Shown piece by piece: positions 46,323 to 55,880 of a stretch of DNA of 64,000 nucleotides. This DNA is from Candidatus Saccharimonadota bacterium. GTDB taxonomy: Bacteria > Patescibacteriota > Saccharimonadia > Saccharimonadales > Saccharimonadaceae. Below the pieces are notes generated by a model. The model worked only from the letters and a program-made list of their open reading frames with translations, was not told where the DNA came from and made no database searches. The DNA is taken from the NCBI GenBank assembly GCA_017432025.1, contig JAFRJX010000004.1, forward strand, positions 1,028 to 65,027. The letters run 5' to 3'. Every line of letters begins with the position of its first letter. Positions within the stretch are counted from its first letter, which is position 1. Made by a program: the position numbers and the translations under genes.

Positions 46323-48077
46323 ATGAAAGATTCCGACAATCTAGAAAAAATGCGTCACACGCTGAGCCACATTCTTGCGGCCGCAGTTCAGGAGCTTTAT
46401 CCAACAGCCACATTTGGCATTGGCCCTGCTATTGATACCGGTTTCTACTATGATATCGACTTTGGTAAGACCAAAATTTCTGATGCCGACCTTGAGAAAA
46501 TCGAGAAAAAGATGCGCGGCATCGTTTCTCGTAAACTCCCAATGGAAAAGCGCGTTGTACCTAAGATGGAAGCACTTAACTGGGCTCGTGATCACAAGCA
46601 AAAATACAAAATTGAGTTGATTGAAGACCTCCCAGAAGGCTCTGAAATCTCTTTCTATGACATGGGCGACCTCTTTACTGATCTTTGTAAAGGCCCACAT
46701 GTCAAAGACACTGGCGAAGTTGGTGCCTTTAAGCTCATCCGCGTCGCTGGTGCTTACTGGCGTGGCGATGAGAAGAGGGAAATGCTTACCCGCATCTACG
46801 GTGTCGCTTTCGCTACCGAAGCCGAACTCGATGAATATTTGAAGCGCCAAGAAGAAGCTAAAGCGCGTGACCACCGTAAACTCGGTAAAGAACTCGATCT
46901 CTTCTGCTTCTCCGACCTCGTTGGTGCCGGTCTTCCACTCTTTACCCCACGTGGTACTGAGCTTCGTGAACTCATGGCTAACTATTCACTTAGCCTCCGC
47001 GGTCGTGAAGGCTTTAAGAAGGTTTGGACTCCACATATTACTAAGACCGACCTCTATAAGACTTCCGGTCACTATGCTAAATTCGGCGATGAGCTCTTCA
47101 TGGTTCACTCCCAAGTAAACGGCGAAGATTTCGCTATGAAGCCAATGAACTGTCCTCACCACGCGCAGATTTTCGCTTCACGTCCACGCACCTATAAAGA
47201 GATGCCAGTCCGCTACATGGAAGCAACTACCGACTATCGCGACGAAAAGACCGGTGAACTTGGTGGTCTCTCTCGCGTTCGTTCACTCACTCAGGATGAT
47301 TCACACGTCTTCTGTCGTAACGACCAGATTAAGGATGAAGTGAAGCGCCTTGTTGCTATCGTGAAGGAACTCTATAGCACCATGGGCATGCAAAAACTTC
47401 GTGCTCGCCTCAGCTATCGCTCAGATGAAGATAAATACCTTGGCGACAAAGCCCTTTGGGAAATGGCACAAAGCCAAATCAAACAAGCCGCTATCGATAA
47501 TGGCCTTGATTACTTCGAACAAGAAGGCGAAGCTGCCTTCTATGGTCCAAAGATCGACTTCATGGCTGAAGATGCCATTGGTCGTGAGCACCAACTTGCT
47601 ACGATTCAACTCGATTTCGTCCAACCAGAGCGCTTTGGCCTCGAATTCACCAATGCTAAAGGCGAAAAAGAACGTCCAGTCATGATTCACCACGCTACGC
47701 TTGGTTCGATTGAACGCTTCCTCTCGGTCTTTATTGAGCATACTGGTGGCTGGTTCCCATTCTGGTGCGCCCCAGAACAAGTTCGTATCGTCACGGTTAA
47801 TAATACGGTTTCAAAGTACGTTGATGAGATTAAAGAGATTCTAGACAGTGTCGTCCTCGACAAACCATTAAAGTACAACGAACTTCGCTATACGATTGAT
47901 GATTCGTCTGATTCGCTAGGGAAGAAGATTAAACGTGCCACTGACTTCAAGATTCCAGCTGTTCTCGTCGTCGGTCCAAAGGATGTCGAAGAAAAAGTCG
48001 TTTCCATCCGCCTCCGCGACAAAGAAGAAAAAGTAAAACTATCAAAGCTCGCCACCTTCCTTAAGGGCTTGAAATAA
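46323..48077 (+). CDS. thrS: Threonine--tRNA ligase
   Basis: MRHTLSHILA, DLCKGPH, RDHRKLG, KPMNCPHH, RVRSLTQDD, FYGPKID, TIQLDF. Confidence 0.98.
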   Translation: MKDSDNLEKMRHTLSHILAAAVQELYPTATFGIGPAIDTGFYYDIDFGKTKISDADLEKIEKKMRGIVSRKLPMEKRVVPKMEALNWARDHKQKYKIELIEDLPEGSEISFYDMGDLFTDLCKGPHVKDTGEVGAFKLIRVAGAYWRGDEKREMLTRIYGVAFATEAELDEYLKRQEEAKARDHRKLGKELDLFCFSDLVGAGLPLFTPRGTELRELMANYSLSLRGREGFKKVWTPHITKTDLYKTSGHYAKFGDELFMVHSQVNGEDFAMKPMNCPHHAQIFASRPRTYKEMPVRYMEATTDYRDEKTGELGGLSRVRSLTQDDSHVFCRNDQIKDEVKRLVAIVKELYSTMGMQKLRARLSYRSDEDKYLGDKALWEMAQSQIKQAAIDNGLDYFEQEGEAAFYGPKIDFMAEDAIGREHQLATIQLDFVQPERFGLEFTNAKGEKERPVMIHHATLGSIERFLSVFIEHTGGWFPFWCAPEQVRIVTVNNTVSKYVDEIKEILDSVVLDKPLKYNELRYTIDDSSDSLGKKIKRATDFKIPAVLVVGPKDVEEKVVSIRLRDKEEKVKLSKLATFLKGLK

Positions 48078-48078
48078 T

Positions 48079-48924
48079 ATGATGACGCCGGCGGGTGGCC
48101 GAAAAACCTTTTTCGAAGGGCCTAAGACTCGGCCGAGCGGCCCGGAGCGGCCCGAGAAAGAGGCTTTCGGCCAGGACCCGCCCACCATTGTCATTCTTGG
48201 TCCTACAGGCTCGGGCAAAACTGGTGTTAGTATCAAAATCGCGAAAGCCATCGGCGGCGAGATTATCTCCGCCGATTCTCGCGCGATTTATAAAGGTATG
48301 GACATCGGCACCGCCAAACCAACTAGGGAAGAGATGGACGGTGTTCCGCATTTTGGTCTTGATCTCGTAAATCCCGACGAACGCTTCACGGTCGCCGATT
48401 GGAAGGCCTATGCTGAGGCTAAAATCAAAGAAATTCGTGCCCGAAATCACATTCCAATGGTTGTTGGTGGCACTGGATTATACATTGACGCCCTCATTTA
48501 CGACTATCATTTCAAAGGCCCAACCGGCCAGAAAATCGGTGACTTTGAACAAAAAACTTGTTCAGACAGAACAGAGGTGAAAGGCAATTTTCTCATTATT
48601 GGCATTAAATGGCCAACAGAGGTACTGCGCGAAAGACTAAAACTACGCATCGACCAAATGTTTTCCGAAGATCTCTACCATGAAACCAGGGAATTAGTCG
48701 AAAAATATGGGTTTAACTGTGGTGCGATGAAGAGTGATATCTATGAATACGCCTGGAAATATCTGAGCGGCGAACTCACACTCGAAAAGGCCAAAGAACT
48801 ATGTTTTTATGAAGACTACCATTTGGCCAAACGCCAACTCACGTGGTTTAAACGAAATGAAAACATCAAGTGGTTAGAACTTGAACACATTTATCCTTTT
48901 GTGCTAAAATATATTGTAGGATGA
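48079..48924 (+). CDS. miaA: tRNA dimethylallyltransferase, with an unusual ~30-aa N-terminal extension
   Basis: ILGPTGSGKT, SADSRAIYKGMDIGTAKP, VGGTGLY, AKRQLTWF. Confidence 0.95.
   Translation: MMTPAGGRKTFFEGPKTRPSGPERPEKEAFGQDPPTIVILGPTGSGKTGVSIKIAKAIGGEIISADSRAIYKGMDIGTAKPTREEMDGVPHFGLDLVNPDERFTVADWKAYAEAKIKEIRARNHIPMVVGGTGLYIDALIYDYHFKGPTGQKIGDFEQKTCSDRTEVKGNFLIIGIKWPTEVLRERLKLRIDQMFSEDLYHETRELVEKYGFNCGAMKSDIYEYAWKYLSGELTLEKAKELCFYEDYHLAKRQLTWFKRNENIKWLELEHIYPFVLKYIVG
48090..48182. repeat. GC-rich palindromic element inserted in frame at the 5' end of miaA
   Basis: Arms GGCGGGT-GGCCGAAA / TTTCGGCC-agg-ACCCGCC enclose nested hairpins and a GAGCGGCCC direct repeat. Confidence 0.7.
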
Positions 48925-49523
48925 GTAAAGAAAATAACACGCCAATAGAAAAATTATTTGGTTCGAAGACTCGTGCCAAACTTTTAAAGCTCTTTTTCGA
49001 GAATCCAGAGAAATCATTTTACGTTCGCGAGATGACTCGTGTCATCGAAGAACAGATTAATTCCGTCCGTCGCGAGCTCCTAAACCTCGAAAGTATCGGC
49101 ATTATCAAAAATGAAACTTTTGATAATAAAGTTTATTATTCTGCTAACAGCAAGCACCCATTCTATCGCCCACTCATCGACATTTTCGCGAAAAAAATTG
49201 ATACAACGCGCGAAAAAGATGTACACGCTACCACGTGGGAAGAGTACTGCCGTCCAGTTAAGAACTATTTGAAAGGCCTTATTGTCACGAATCGCCTGCC
49301 GGGCCAGGACGGTGTCGACCTGCTTATTATTGGCAATGACAAAACCAAAAAGCTCACCCGCTGGGCCGAAGTCGTTGAAAAGAAGCAGGGCAAACCAATT
49401 AACTATGTTATTATGTCGCTCGAAGACTTCACCTATCGTCGCAGCGTTCGCGACCGTTTCTTAGACGATGTCTTTGAAATGGAAATCTCAGAAATTTACG
49501 ATCCAGAAAAAATCATAAAATAA
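48921..49523 (+). CDS. Winged-HTH protein with C-terminal nucleotidyltransferase-like domain
   Basis: LFGSKTRAKLLKLFF...YVREMTR...VRRELLNLESIG, then DGVDLLIIG. Confidence 0.7.
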   Translation: MSKENNTPIEKLFGSKTRAKLLKLFFENPEKSFYVREMTRVIEEQINSVRRELLNLESIGIIKNETFDNKVYYSANSKHPFYRPLIDIFAKKIDTTREKDVHATTWEEYCRPVKNYLKGLIVTNRLPGQDGVDLLIIGNDKTKKLTRWAEVVEKKQGKPINYVIMSLEDFTYRRSVRDRFLDDVFEMEISEIYDPEKIIK

Positions 49524-49533
49524 AAGGAGCTAT

Positions 49534-49980
49534 ATGTTCGATATCGAAAGCAAATCCCAGGACGACATCATCCTCACGACCAAAAAGACTACTATTAAAA
49601 TCAATATCGCCGAATCCGTCATCGACGCTAACCTATCAGTTGGTAAAATCGCTGGTCCAGGCGAATTCGAAATTGGTGACGCCACGATTCGTGGCATTGC
49701 GACTCCAAGTGGCAAAACGATTTACGATGTCGAAATCGGTGGTGTCCATGTTGGTATCACTGGCGGCATCGAAGAATGTCTTGACGATATCGTCGCTGAC
49801 GTCCTCTGTACTTCATCCATCCGCGCCATTCGCGAAATCGAACCAAAGCTTGTCGTCTCGATGGGCAACATCGATGCGATGGTCTCCGAACTAAAACTAT
49901 CTGCTCGTTCTGAAAAGAAACTAAAAATCAAATCTCTCGACTCGCTCCCAACCACTAAAGAAGTAGTGGTGCTAAGCTAA
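49534..49980 (+). CDS. Truncated MBL-fold (Lactamase_B_3-like) protein
   Basis: IAGPGEFEIGDATIRGI is characteristic of this family; metal-binding HxHxDH is absent. Confidence 0.55.
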   Translation: MFDIESKSQDDIILTTKKTTIKINIAESVIDANLSVGKIAGPGEFEIGDATIRGIATPSGKTIYDVEIGGVHVGITGGIEECLDDIVADVLCTSSIRAIREIEPKLVVSMGNIDAMVSELKLSARSEKKLKIKSLDSLPTTKEVVVLS

Positions 49981-50627
49981 TGGAATTCGACTTTCTCGGC
50001 TTAGTTATTGTTATAGCCGTAGTCGTGATTTCGATTTCTCTTCACGAACTCGCTCACGGGCTTGTTGCTTATTGGTTAGGTGATAACACTGCAAAAGACG
50101 CTGGCCGCCTCACCTTAAACCCCATTAAAAATATCGATCCATACATGTCGATTATCGTACCAGTCATCTTGTATTTATTAAAAGCTCCGGTCTTTGGTGG
50201 CGCCAAACCCGTGCCGGTTAACTCTGCCAATCTCAAATGGCGCGAGTGGGGAATGGCACTGGTGGCTCTAGCTGGTCCGTTCACGAATTTCTTACTCGCT
50301 TTCATCTTCTTCCTAATCGGCCATTTTACCGGTTGGGTTTATGGCACTGGTGGCGAAGTCGTCGCGATAATCTTTACTCAATTCATTTTCACCAATCTCG
50401 GCTTTATGATTTTTAATCTTATTCCAATTCCACCGCTGGATGGTTCGCGCGTGCTTTATGCTATTGCACCAGATAGCATTCGTCGCCTCATGATGAATCT
50501 AGAGGGAACCACTGGTATTATGATTGTCTATCTCCTAATCTTTCTCTTTGGTCAATTCTTCTCTCAACTGATGGTTGACGGCATGAACGCTGTCCTTCAG
50601 TTCTTCTATTTTGTGATTGGGATGTAA
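49980..50627 (+). CDS. Site-2 protease (M50) family protein
   Basis: HELAH, GRLTLNP, ALAGP, NLIPIPPLDG. Confidence 0.93.
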   Translation: MEFDFLGLVIVIAVVVISISLHELAHGLVAYWLGDNTAKDAGRLTLNPIKNIDPYMSIIVPVILYLLKAPVFGGAKPVPVNSANLKWREWGMALVALAGPFTNFLLAFIFFLIGHFTGWVYGTGGEVVAIIFTQFIFTNLGFMIFNLIPIPPLDGSRVLYAIAPDSIRRLMMNLEGTTGIMIVYLLIFLFGQFFSQLMVDGMNAVLQFFYFVIGM

Positions 50628-50646
50628 TATGCTATAATTAGATTAG

Positions 50647-50771
50647 CCCTACCGGCAGCATGATTTTCCTGAATAATCATGTTTTAGGGATTTCGTGGCT
50701 TACACCCGTGGGTGTATCGCATAAGATTTTACCCACCTTGTATATATTACGGGGAAAACAGGCCGGTGGGG
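50647..50771 (+). ncRNA. Candidate ~125-nt structured RNA (unknown class; sRNA or leader)
   Basis: TGcTATAAT at 50633-50638; 10-bp closing stem CCCTACCGGC/GCCGGTGGGG; three internal hairpins; TTTT after the stem; no ORF. Confidence 0.5.
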
Positions 50772-50792
50772 TTTTAAGACAAACGGTGGGAC

Positions 50793-51641
50793 ATGAAACA
50801 AAGAATTCGCGTTGTTGGTATTATCAGAAGTGAGGATGGCATCCTCATCTTGAAACGAAACCTGGGCAGAAGTGACGCCCCGGTTTTTTGGGAACTTCCC
50901 ACTGGTAAGATTAAATTTGGCGAGCAACCTGAAGAAGCCATCGTCCGCTCACTCGAAGAATATACCGGGCTCAAGGTCTCTTCCGTTAAGATTAAAGACG
51001 TCATTACTTTTCTCGCTCTTGAAGACTCTAGTCGCATGAGTAACTTATATATTATATATGACGTAAATATCGTGGGCGACCTTAAACCAGTTCCACGCGA
51101 TCGTTACGTTGCTTACAAATTTATTAAAGATTTTTCATCCGCTGGCGTAAGACTCAACGAAGCGAGCACTTCTGTTTTCGAGATTATTGAAGGCCGCATT
51201 ACTTCAGATCGTATCTCTGCTCGCGACACAGCGAGTTCTGTCGCTATCTACGTTGATGGTGCCTCGCGTGGCAACCCTGGTCCAGCCGGTACCGGTTATC
51301 GGGTAGTTGGCATCGATGGCCATACGGTTGAACAGGGCGGGGAGTTCATTGGTTTCGCCACTTCTCGCGTCGCCGAATACTTTGCTATGAAAGACGGTAT
51401 CGAAAAAGCGATCGAAAAAGGTTACAAAAGTGTTCGTTTCTTCTCGGATAGTTTGATGGTTGTAAATCAATTGAACGGTATTTTTACAATTAAGAATCCA
51501 GACATCATTCCAATCTACAACGACATCCAAAAATTACTCGAGAATTTTGATAGTGTTTCCTTTACGCATATTCCGCGCTCCGAAAACACCATTGCTGATG
51601 GCGAAGCGAACCGCGCCATCGACAATCTGATTAAACACTAG
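50793..51641 (+). CDS. NUDIX-domain / ribonuclease HI fusion protein
   Basis: NUDIX box-like GKIKFGEQPEEAIVRSLEEYTG; RNase HI YVDGASRGNPG, AEY, SDS, ADGEAN. Confidence 0.88.
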   Translation: MKQRIRVVGIIRSEDGILILKRNLGRSDAPVFWELPTGKIKFGEQPEEAIVRSLEEYTGLKVSSVKIKDVITFLALEDSSRMSNLYIIYDVNIVGDLKPVPRDRYVAYKFIKDFSSAGVRLNEASTSVFEIIEGRITSDRISARDTASSVAIYVDGASRGNPGPAGTGYRVVGIDGHTVEQGGEFIGFATSRVAEYFAMKDGIEKAIEKGYKSVRFFSDSLMVVNQLNGIFTIKNPDIIPIYNDIQKLLENFDSVSFTHIPRSENTIADGEANRAIDNLIKH

Positions 51642-51673
51642 TATTTTTTAGAGATATGTGATATAATACAGTG

Positions 51674-52006
51674 GAGCCTGAAAGATGGTCGCTTTTTATT
51701 AAGAGGAAAGTCCGGGCAACATAGAGCAAGGTAGTCGCTAACAGCGACCGTCCGCAAGGATAGGGAAAGTACCACAGAAACTGATACCGCCCGCAAGGGT
51801 AAGGGTGAAAAGAGTGAGGTAAGAGCTCACAACGTGTCGTAGCGATATGTCACGGAGGCAAACCCTACCTGTTGCAAGGAGTGCTACAAAACCCCTGCTC
51901 GGGGATGTACGTTTACCGCTAGAGCGTTATAGCAATGTAACGCCAAGATAGATGACCATCGACTATATATTATATATAGTTACAGAACCCGGCTTATCGA
52001 CGGCTC
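51674..52006 (+). ncRNA. rnpB: RNase P RNA (type A)
   Basis: GAGGAAAGTCCGGGC, CACAGAAAC, GGGTGAAA..GTGAGGTAAGAGC, GGCAAACCC, ACAGAACCCGGCTTA; P1 GAGCC/GGCTC. Confidence 0.96.
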
Positions 52007-52014
52007 AAATCATC

Positions 52015-52043
52015 AAAAAACCACCCCTTAAGGGTGGCTTTTT
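52015..52043 (+). terminator. Terminator after rnpB
   Basis: CCACCC-ctta-(A)GGGTGG hairpin flanked by A and T runs. Confidence 0.8.
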
Positions 52044-52123
52044 GTAGGCGCGATTGAAAAACATAGTCGGTTTGGTATAATAAAACATAGAGAAAAGCAC
52101 TGGCGCCCACATATACAATAACT

Positions 52124-52831
52124 ATGATAAGATTAATAAACTTAACTAAAAAATACGGCGATAAGCTTATAATAAACAAAGCCAATATCTTTATTGCGGA
52201 TGCTTCATTTGCTATTCTATGGGGGAAGAGTGGCTCTGGGAAAACTACGGTTTTAAATTTGATTGGCGGTCTAGAAAAACCAACCGAAGGTGAAATTGTG
52301 GTGAATAAAAAGAATATCGATAAACTATCTGAAAAAGAGCTCGTACAATATAGGCGCGAATCGGTTGGTATAATTTTTCAAAACGCATATCTTCAGCCAC
52401 AATTGTCAATTTCGGATAATATTATGTTGCCTGGGATTTTCAGTGGGCTTCCCAGAGAAAAACGTATAAAAAGGATGTCTATTTTGGCTGAAAAATTTGG
52501 TATAACTAATGAACTTAATTCTTTGCCAAAAGAAGTCTCTGGCGGGCAAGCAGAGCGTGCTTGTATAATAAGAGCAATTTTTCTTGGGCCGAATATTATT
52601 CTTGCAGATGAGCCAACCAATAATCTTGATGACAGTAATTCAAAAATAGTTCTAGACACACTTGATACTCTCAGAAAACAGATGGGCATTACAATTGTTA
52701 TGTCAACGCACGATAAAAATGCCATAAGATATGCCACCCAGATATTTGATATATCGGAGGGCGTCATAAATGAAATTCCGAATGAAAAGATCGCTACTTT
52801 TCGTAATCCAGGAGAAAACGATGGGAGTTAG
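52124..52831 (+). CDS. ABC transporter ATP-binding protein (LolD/MacB-like)
   Basis: GKSGSGKTT, IFQN, VSGGQAER, ILADEPTNNLD, H-loop STHD. Confidence 0.93.
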   Translation: MIRLINLTKKYGDKLIINKANIFIADASFAILWGKSGSGKTTVLNLIGGLEKPTEGEIVVNKKNIDKLSEKELVQYRRESVGIIFQNAYLQPQLSISDNIMLPGIFSGLPREKRIKRMSILAEKFGITNELNSLPKEVSGGQAERACIIRAIFLGPNIILADEPTNNLDDSNSKIVLDTLDTLRKQMGITIVMSTHDKNAIRYATQIFDISEGVINEIPNEKIATFRNPGENDGS

Positions 52832-53717
52832 GGAACTAGTAAAGTTATCCCATACTAATATATCAGCTCACCGTAGTAAGACTATATCGGCCATATTAAC
52901 CATTAGTATAATCATTTGCATACCAATCACCATAGCATTTGTTAATGCTGGCAGTCAAAACGTAACTATCAAATATTCTGATGATGAAAATAACGGTCAG
53001 ATATATATAGCATGCTTATACGAAGATGGACAAGATGTCGTGATTAAACGTGCCGATAAGTATCATGGCGAAATTGTTTCATATAAAAAAGAGCGCTATG
53101 AAACAAATAAACACTTAAATTTCGAACCAAGTTCATTGGTAATATTTGATAATTTTGATGAGGCGATTGGTTTTTATCTTAAAAACGATGTAGATGAGTT
53201 TGAATACAATCCGAAAAAATTTCACATCGCAGAAATAATTAGTGATCGTATAGGCATTTATGAAGAATATAAAAAAAGAGACGCAGAATTAATCCGGCCT
53301 GCCATTATTATTTCCTTGATAACATCATCATTGATTGCGGCGTTTACGCTTGCCCATATTATTTCTCAAGATTCTAAGCTCTTTACATTATACAAAACGC
53401 TTGGCGCAACAAATGGTCAAATTGTATTAATTTATTTTCTCTACATCTTAGAATTATATGTTTGTATAATAATTATATCGACTGCGCTATCCATACTATT
53501 GTCATTAATAATATCAGCAATTGAATGGAACAATATGTCAAATATATTAAGTAACGCATACCCAAATTCTGACAAATATCCACCGATACTGATTGGAGTT
53601 AATTATTGGTATCCGACAATAGTGGGCCTCACATTATTATCGGCACCAGTATCATTTTTACTATGTATTGACCAGTTTAGCTCAAAAAAAATCGCTTTGA
53701 GGTTGAAAGGGGAATAA
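52821..53717 (+). CDS. FtsX-like ABC permease
   Basis: N-terminal TM, extracytoplasmic loop, YKTLGATNGQI motif, C-terminal TMs. Confidence 0.8.
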   Translation: MGVRELVKLSHTNISAHRSKTISAILTISIIICIPITIAFVNAGSQNVTIKYSDDENNGQIYIACLYEDGQDVVIKRADKYHGEIVSYKKERYETNKHLNFEPSSLVIFDNFDEAIGFYLKNDVDEFEYNPKKFHIAEIISDRIGIYEEYKKRDAELIRPAIIISLITSSLIAAFTLAHIISQDSKLFTLYKTLGATNGQIVLIYFLYILELYVCIIIISTALSILLSLIISAIEWNNMSNILSNAYPNSDKYPPILIGVNYWYPTIVGLTLLSAPVSFLLCIDQFSSKKIALRLKGE

Positions 53718-54995
53718 GTGAAAACTTTCGATTTGTTAAAAATCGCGATAGGAAAAATTGAGACCCATAGAAAAAAGTCTATATATTTACTACTGTCAGT
53801 TAGCATCATATTTATTTTGTCCTTCTGTATCAATTATCTTTTTCTAGGCTATAAACAAAAATATATACAATATGCAGAGTTAGCAACTGATGGCGAAGTA
53901 ATCATACTTGCCGAGTATTGCCTGGAGGACTGCGGGAATAATCTAGAATATGTAAAAAATGATATCGCCAAATATAACGGAAGATTTATAAACACTAGCC
54001 TCCCGGCGGGATACATCTCGCTGCCCCAAGAGCTAATCAAGAAAATAGCAAATGATAAAAGTAATATATCAATACATGAAGACGAGACACCAATGCTAGT
54101 CTCGACTGCTTGGGCGGAATACAAATTTGGGATTAGTGTTCCTGTAAAGTTTAGGAATATTGAAGAGAGAATGACCTCATACACAAACTATAGAAATAAC
54201 ATAATTGGAAAACACTTTATTGATGATGACGGAAAAAAATATGTAATTGTTGGTCTTTCGCCGGCCGGGTATCATTTATCTAATTTGTCATTTAAAGAGC
54301 TATCTAGTAGTAATGCTGGATTATTGGATCCAATCTTGGAAGCGGTACAACTATCTAGTGGTGTAACTATGGTTGCTAGTAGTGATGCACAAAATGGTTC
54401 AGACAGTAATAATGTGCCAAACGAGATAGGAACAGGAATTGCGATTTTTACATTTTCAAATAAAACAGATGCGTTAGCCTATCTAAATGGCGGTGAAGGA
54501 AAGTTTTCTAATGTCGGATTAAGTAATAAAGAATATGCTGTCAGCACTATCGCTGGGCCAAACCCAGAAGCACTGTACACGCTAGATTGTCTTGAAGCTA
54601 TAGTTGATGCTATATGTACTGTCTTATCCATCATGGGCGCGATAATTGTCATTCTTACGTCGCTTCGTATTATCGAGCAAGAGATGCCGACTATTGAACT
54701 GTACCGTAGCGTTGGTGCATCAAAAAAACAAATTCGGTTGATTTATCTAGTTTATTTTACCACCATTGCACTATGTTCATTATTTTTATCACTAATCGCT
54801 GCATTTATAATAGCCATCATTTATTCCGTATCCAATCAAGAAATATTAGAAGCTTTATTTATCACAGCATTCAGTTTAGAAGAAACGGGTTTTGTATTGA
54901 TTGCCGGAATAAACCATATGACCGTCGTTATCGCTATTATACTTCTATCTTCCGCACCGCTCTGCGTTACGATTAATAGAAAACGTTTACATTAA
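53718..54995 (+). CDS. FtsX-like ABC permease
   Basis: GTG start; N-terminal TM, large loop, YRSVGASKKQI motif, three C-terminal TMs. Confidence 0.8.
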   Translation: MKTFDLLKIAIGKIETHRKKSIYLLLSVSIIFILSFCINYLFLGYKQKYIQYAELATDGEVIILAEYCLEDCGNNLEYVKNDIAKYNGRFINTSLPAGYISLPQELIKKIANDKSNISIHEDETPMLVSTAWAEYKFGISVPVKFRNIEERMTSYTNYRNNIIGKHFIDDDGKKYVIVGLSPAGYHLSNLSFKELSSSNAGLLDPILEAVQLSSGVTMVASSDAQNGSDSNNVPNEIGTGIAIFTFSNKTDALAYLNGGEGKFSNVGLSNKEYAVSTIAGPNPEALYTLDCLEAIVDAICTVLSIMGAIIVILTSLRIIEQEMPTIELYRSVGASKKQIRLIYLVYFTTIALCSLFLSLIAAFIIAIIYSVSNQEILEALFITAFSLEETGFVLIAGINHMTVVIAIILLSSAPLCVTINRKRLH

Positions 54996-55028
54996 AAAAG
55001 ATTCGACCATCGCAGACGAATCTTTTTT
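54994..55028. terminator. Bidirectional terminator between the ABC islet and rpmB
   Basis: AAAAAAGATTCG ... CGAATCTTTTTT inverted repeat. Confidence 0.8.
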
Positions 55029-55034
55029 ATTACA

Positions 55035-55250
55035 TTATTTGCTAGCTTTAGCTTTTGGGGCTTCGACTAAACCTTTTTTCTTCAAAGTACGAAGAGCAGA
55101 GGTTGAAACATTACATTTGATCTTTTGGCCGTTAATTACAAGCGTACGCTTCGAGACATTTGGTTTAAATACCTTACGAGTGTGCCTCTGGGAGAACGAA
55201 ACATTATGGCCGTACATCTTACCTTTGCCGGTGACTTCACAAATTGCCAT
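55035..55250 (-). CDS. rpmB: 50S ribosomal protein L28
   Basis: CEVTGKGKMYGHNVSFSQRHTRKVFKPN. Confidence 0.95.
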   Translation of the reverse strand: MAICEVTGKGKMYGHNVSFSQRHTRKVFKPNVSKRTLVINGQKIKCNVSTSALRTLKKKGLVEAPKAKASK

Positions 55251-55251
55251 C

Positions 55252-55599
55252 TTATTTCTCCTTTACAGTATTAACGATTGCTTTGAATGCATCAGGATTG
55301 TTAACAGCAAGATCAGCGAGCACTTTGCGATCAAGGTTAATGTTCTTAGCTTTCATACCAGCAATGAGTTGCGAGTAGGAAATACCAAGTTCTCTTGAAG
55401 CATTATTGATACGAGTAATCCAGATTGCTCTTAAATCGCGCTTGCGATTACGACGATCGCGATAGCTATAGCGAAGAGCCTTGATTACACCTTGTTTGCC
55501 TAAGCGGTAGCTGCGAGTGCGAGCATGTTGCATGCCCTTAGCAGCTTTCAAAATTTTCTTATGCTTGGCCATTGCGGCCACACCACGTTTTACTCTCAT
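55252..55599 (-). CDS. rplT: 50S ribosomal protein L20
   Basis: [40 protein letters not shown]. Confidence 0.98.
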   Translation of the reverse strand: MRVKRGVAAMAKHKKILKAAKGMQHARTRSYRLGKQGVIKALRYSYRDRRNRKRDLRAIWITRINNASRELGISYSQLIAGMKAKNINLDRKVLADLAVNNPDAFKAIVNTVKEK

Positions 55600-55601
55600 G
55601 A

Positions 55602-55796
55602 TTAAACTCCTAATGCAGTCTTAACGTTTTTCTTGATTTTGCCGTTAATTGCAGCAGAGGTTTTCATGTTGCGCTTTCTGGCTTTGGATTTCTTAGCGAG
55701 AATGTGATTCCCGAATGCACGCTCACGCGTAATCTTACCAGAACCGGTAATCTTGATGCGCTTTGCGGTGCCTTTATGCGTTTTTAACTTTGGCAT
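55602..55796 (-). CDS. rpmI: 50S ribosomal protein L35
   Basis: [21 protein letters not shown]...HILAKKS. Confidence 0.97.
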   Translation of the reverse strand: MPKLKTHKGTAKRIKITGSGKITRERAFGNHILAKKSKARKRNMKTSAAINGKIKKNVKTALGV

Positions 55797-55880
55797 AGGT
55801 TTTCCTTTAGTTTATAGTTAGTATTATTTGCAGAAAAAAATCTGCTGAATGTGCGACCAGGGAACCGTGAAAGTAGGAAA

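Noticed and set aside
50647-50771. 5S rRNA, SRP RNA or tRNA identity for the 125-nt RNA
   Set aside because: No CCGAAC loop, no SRP CAGG...GGAA...AGCAG domain, no T-loop or CCA.
51961-51981. GACTATATAT-T-ATATATAGTT palindrome as an NrdR box
   Set aside because: Lies inside RNase P RNA at the position of a variable helix (P19).
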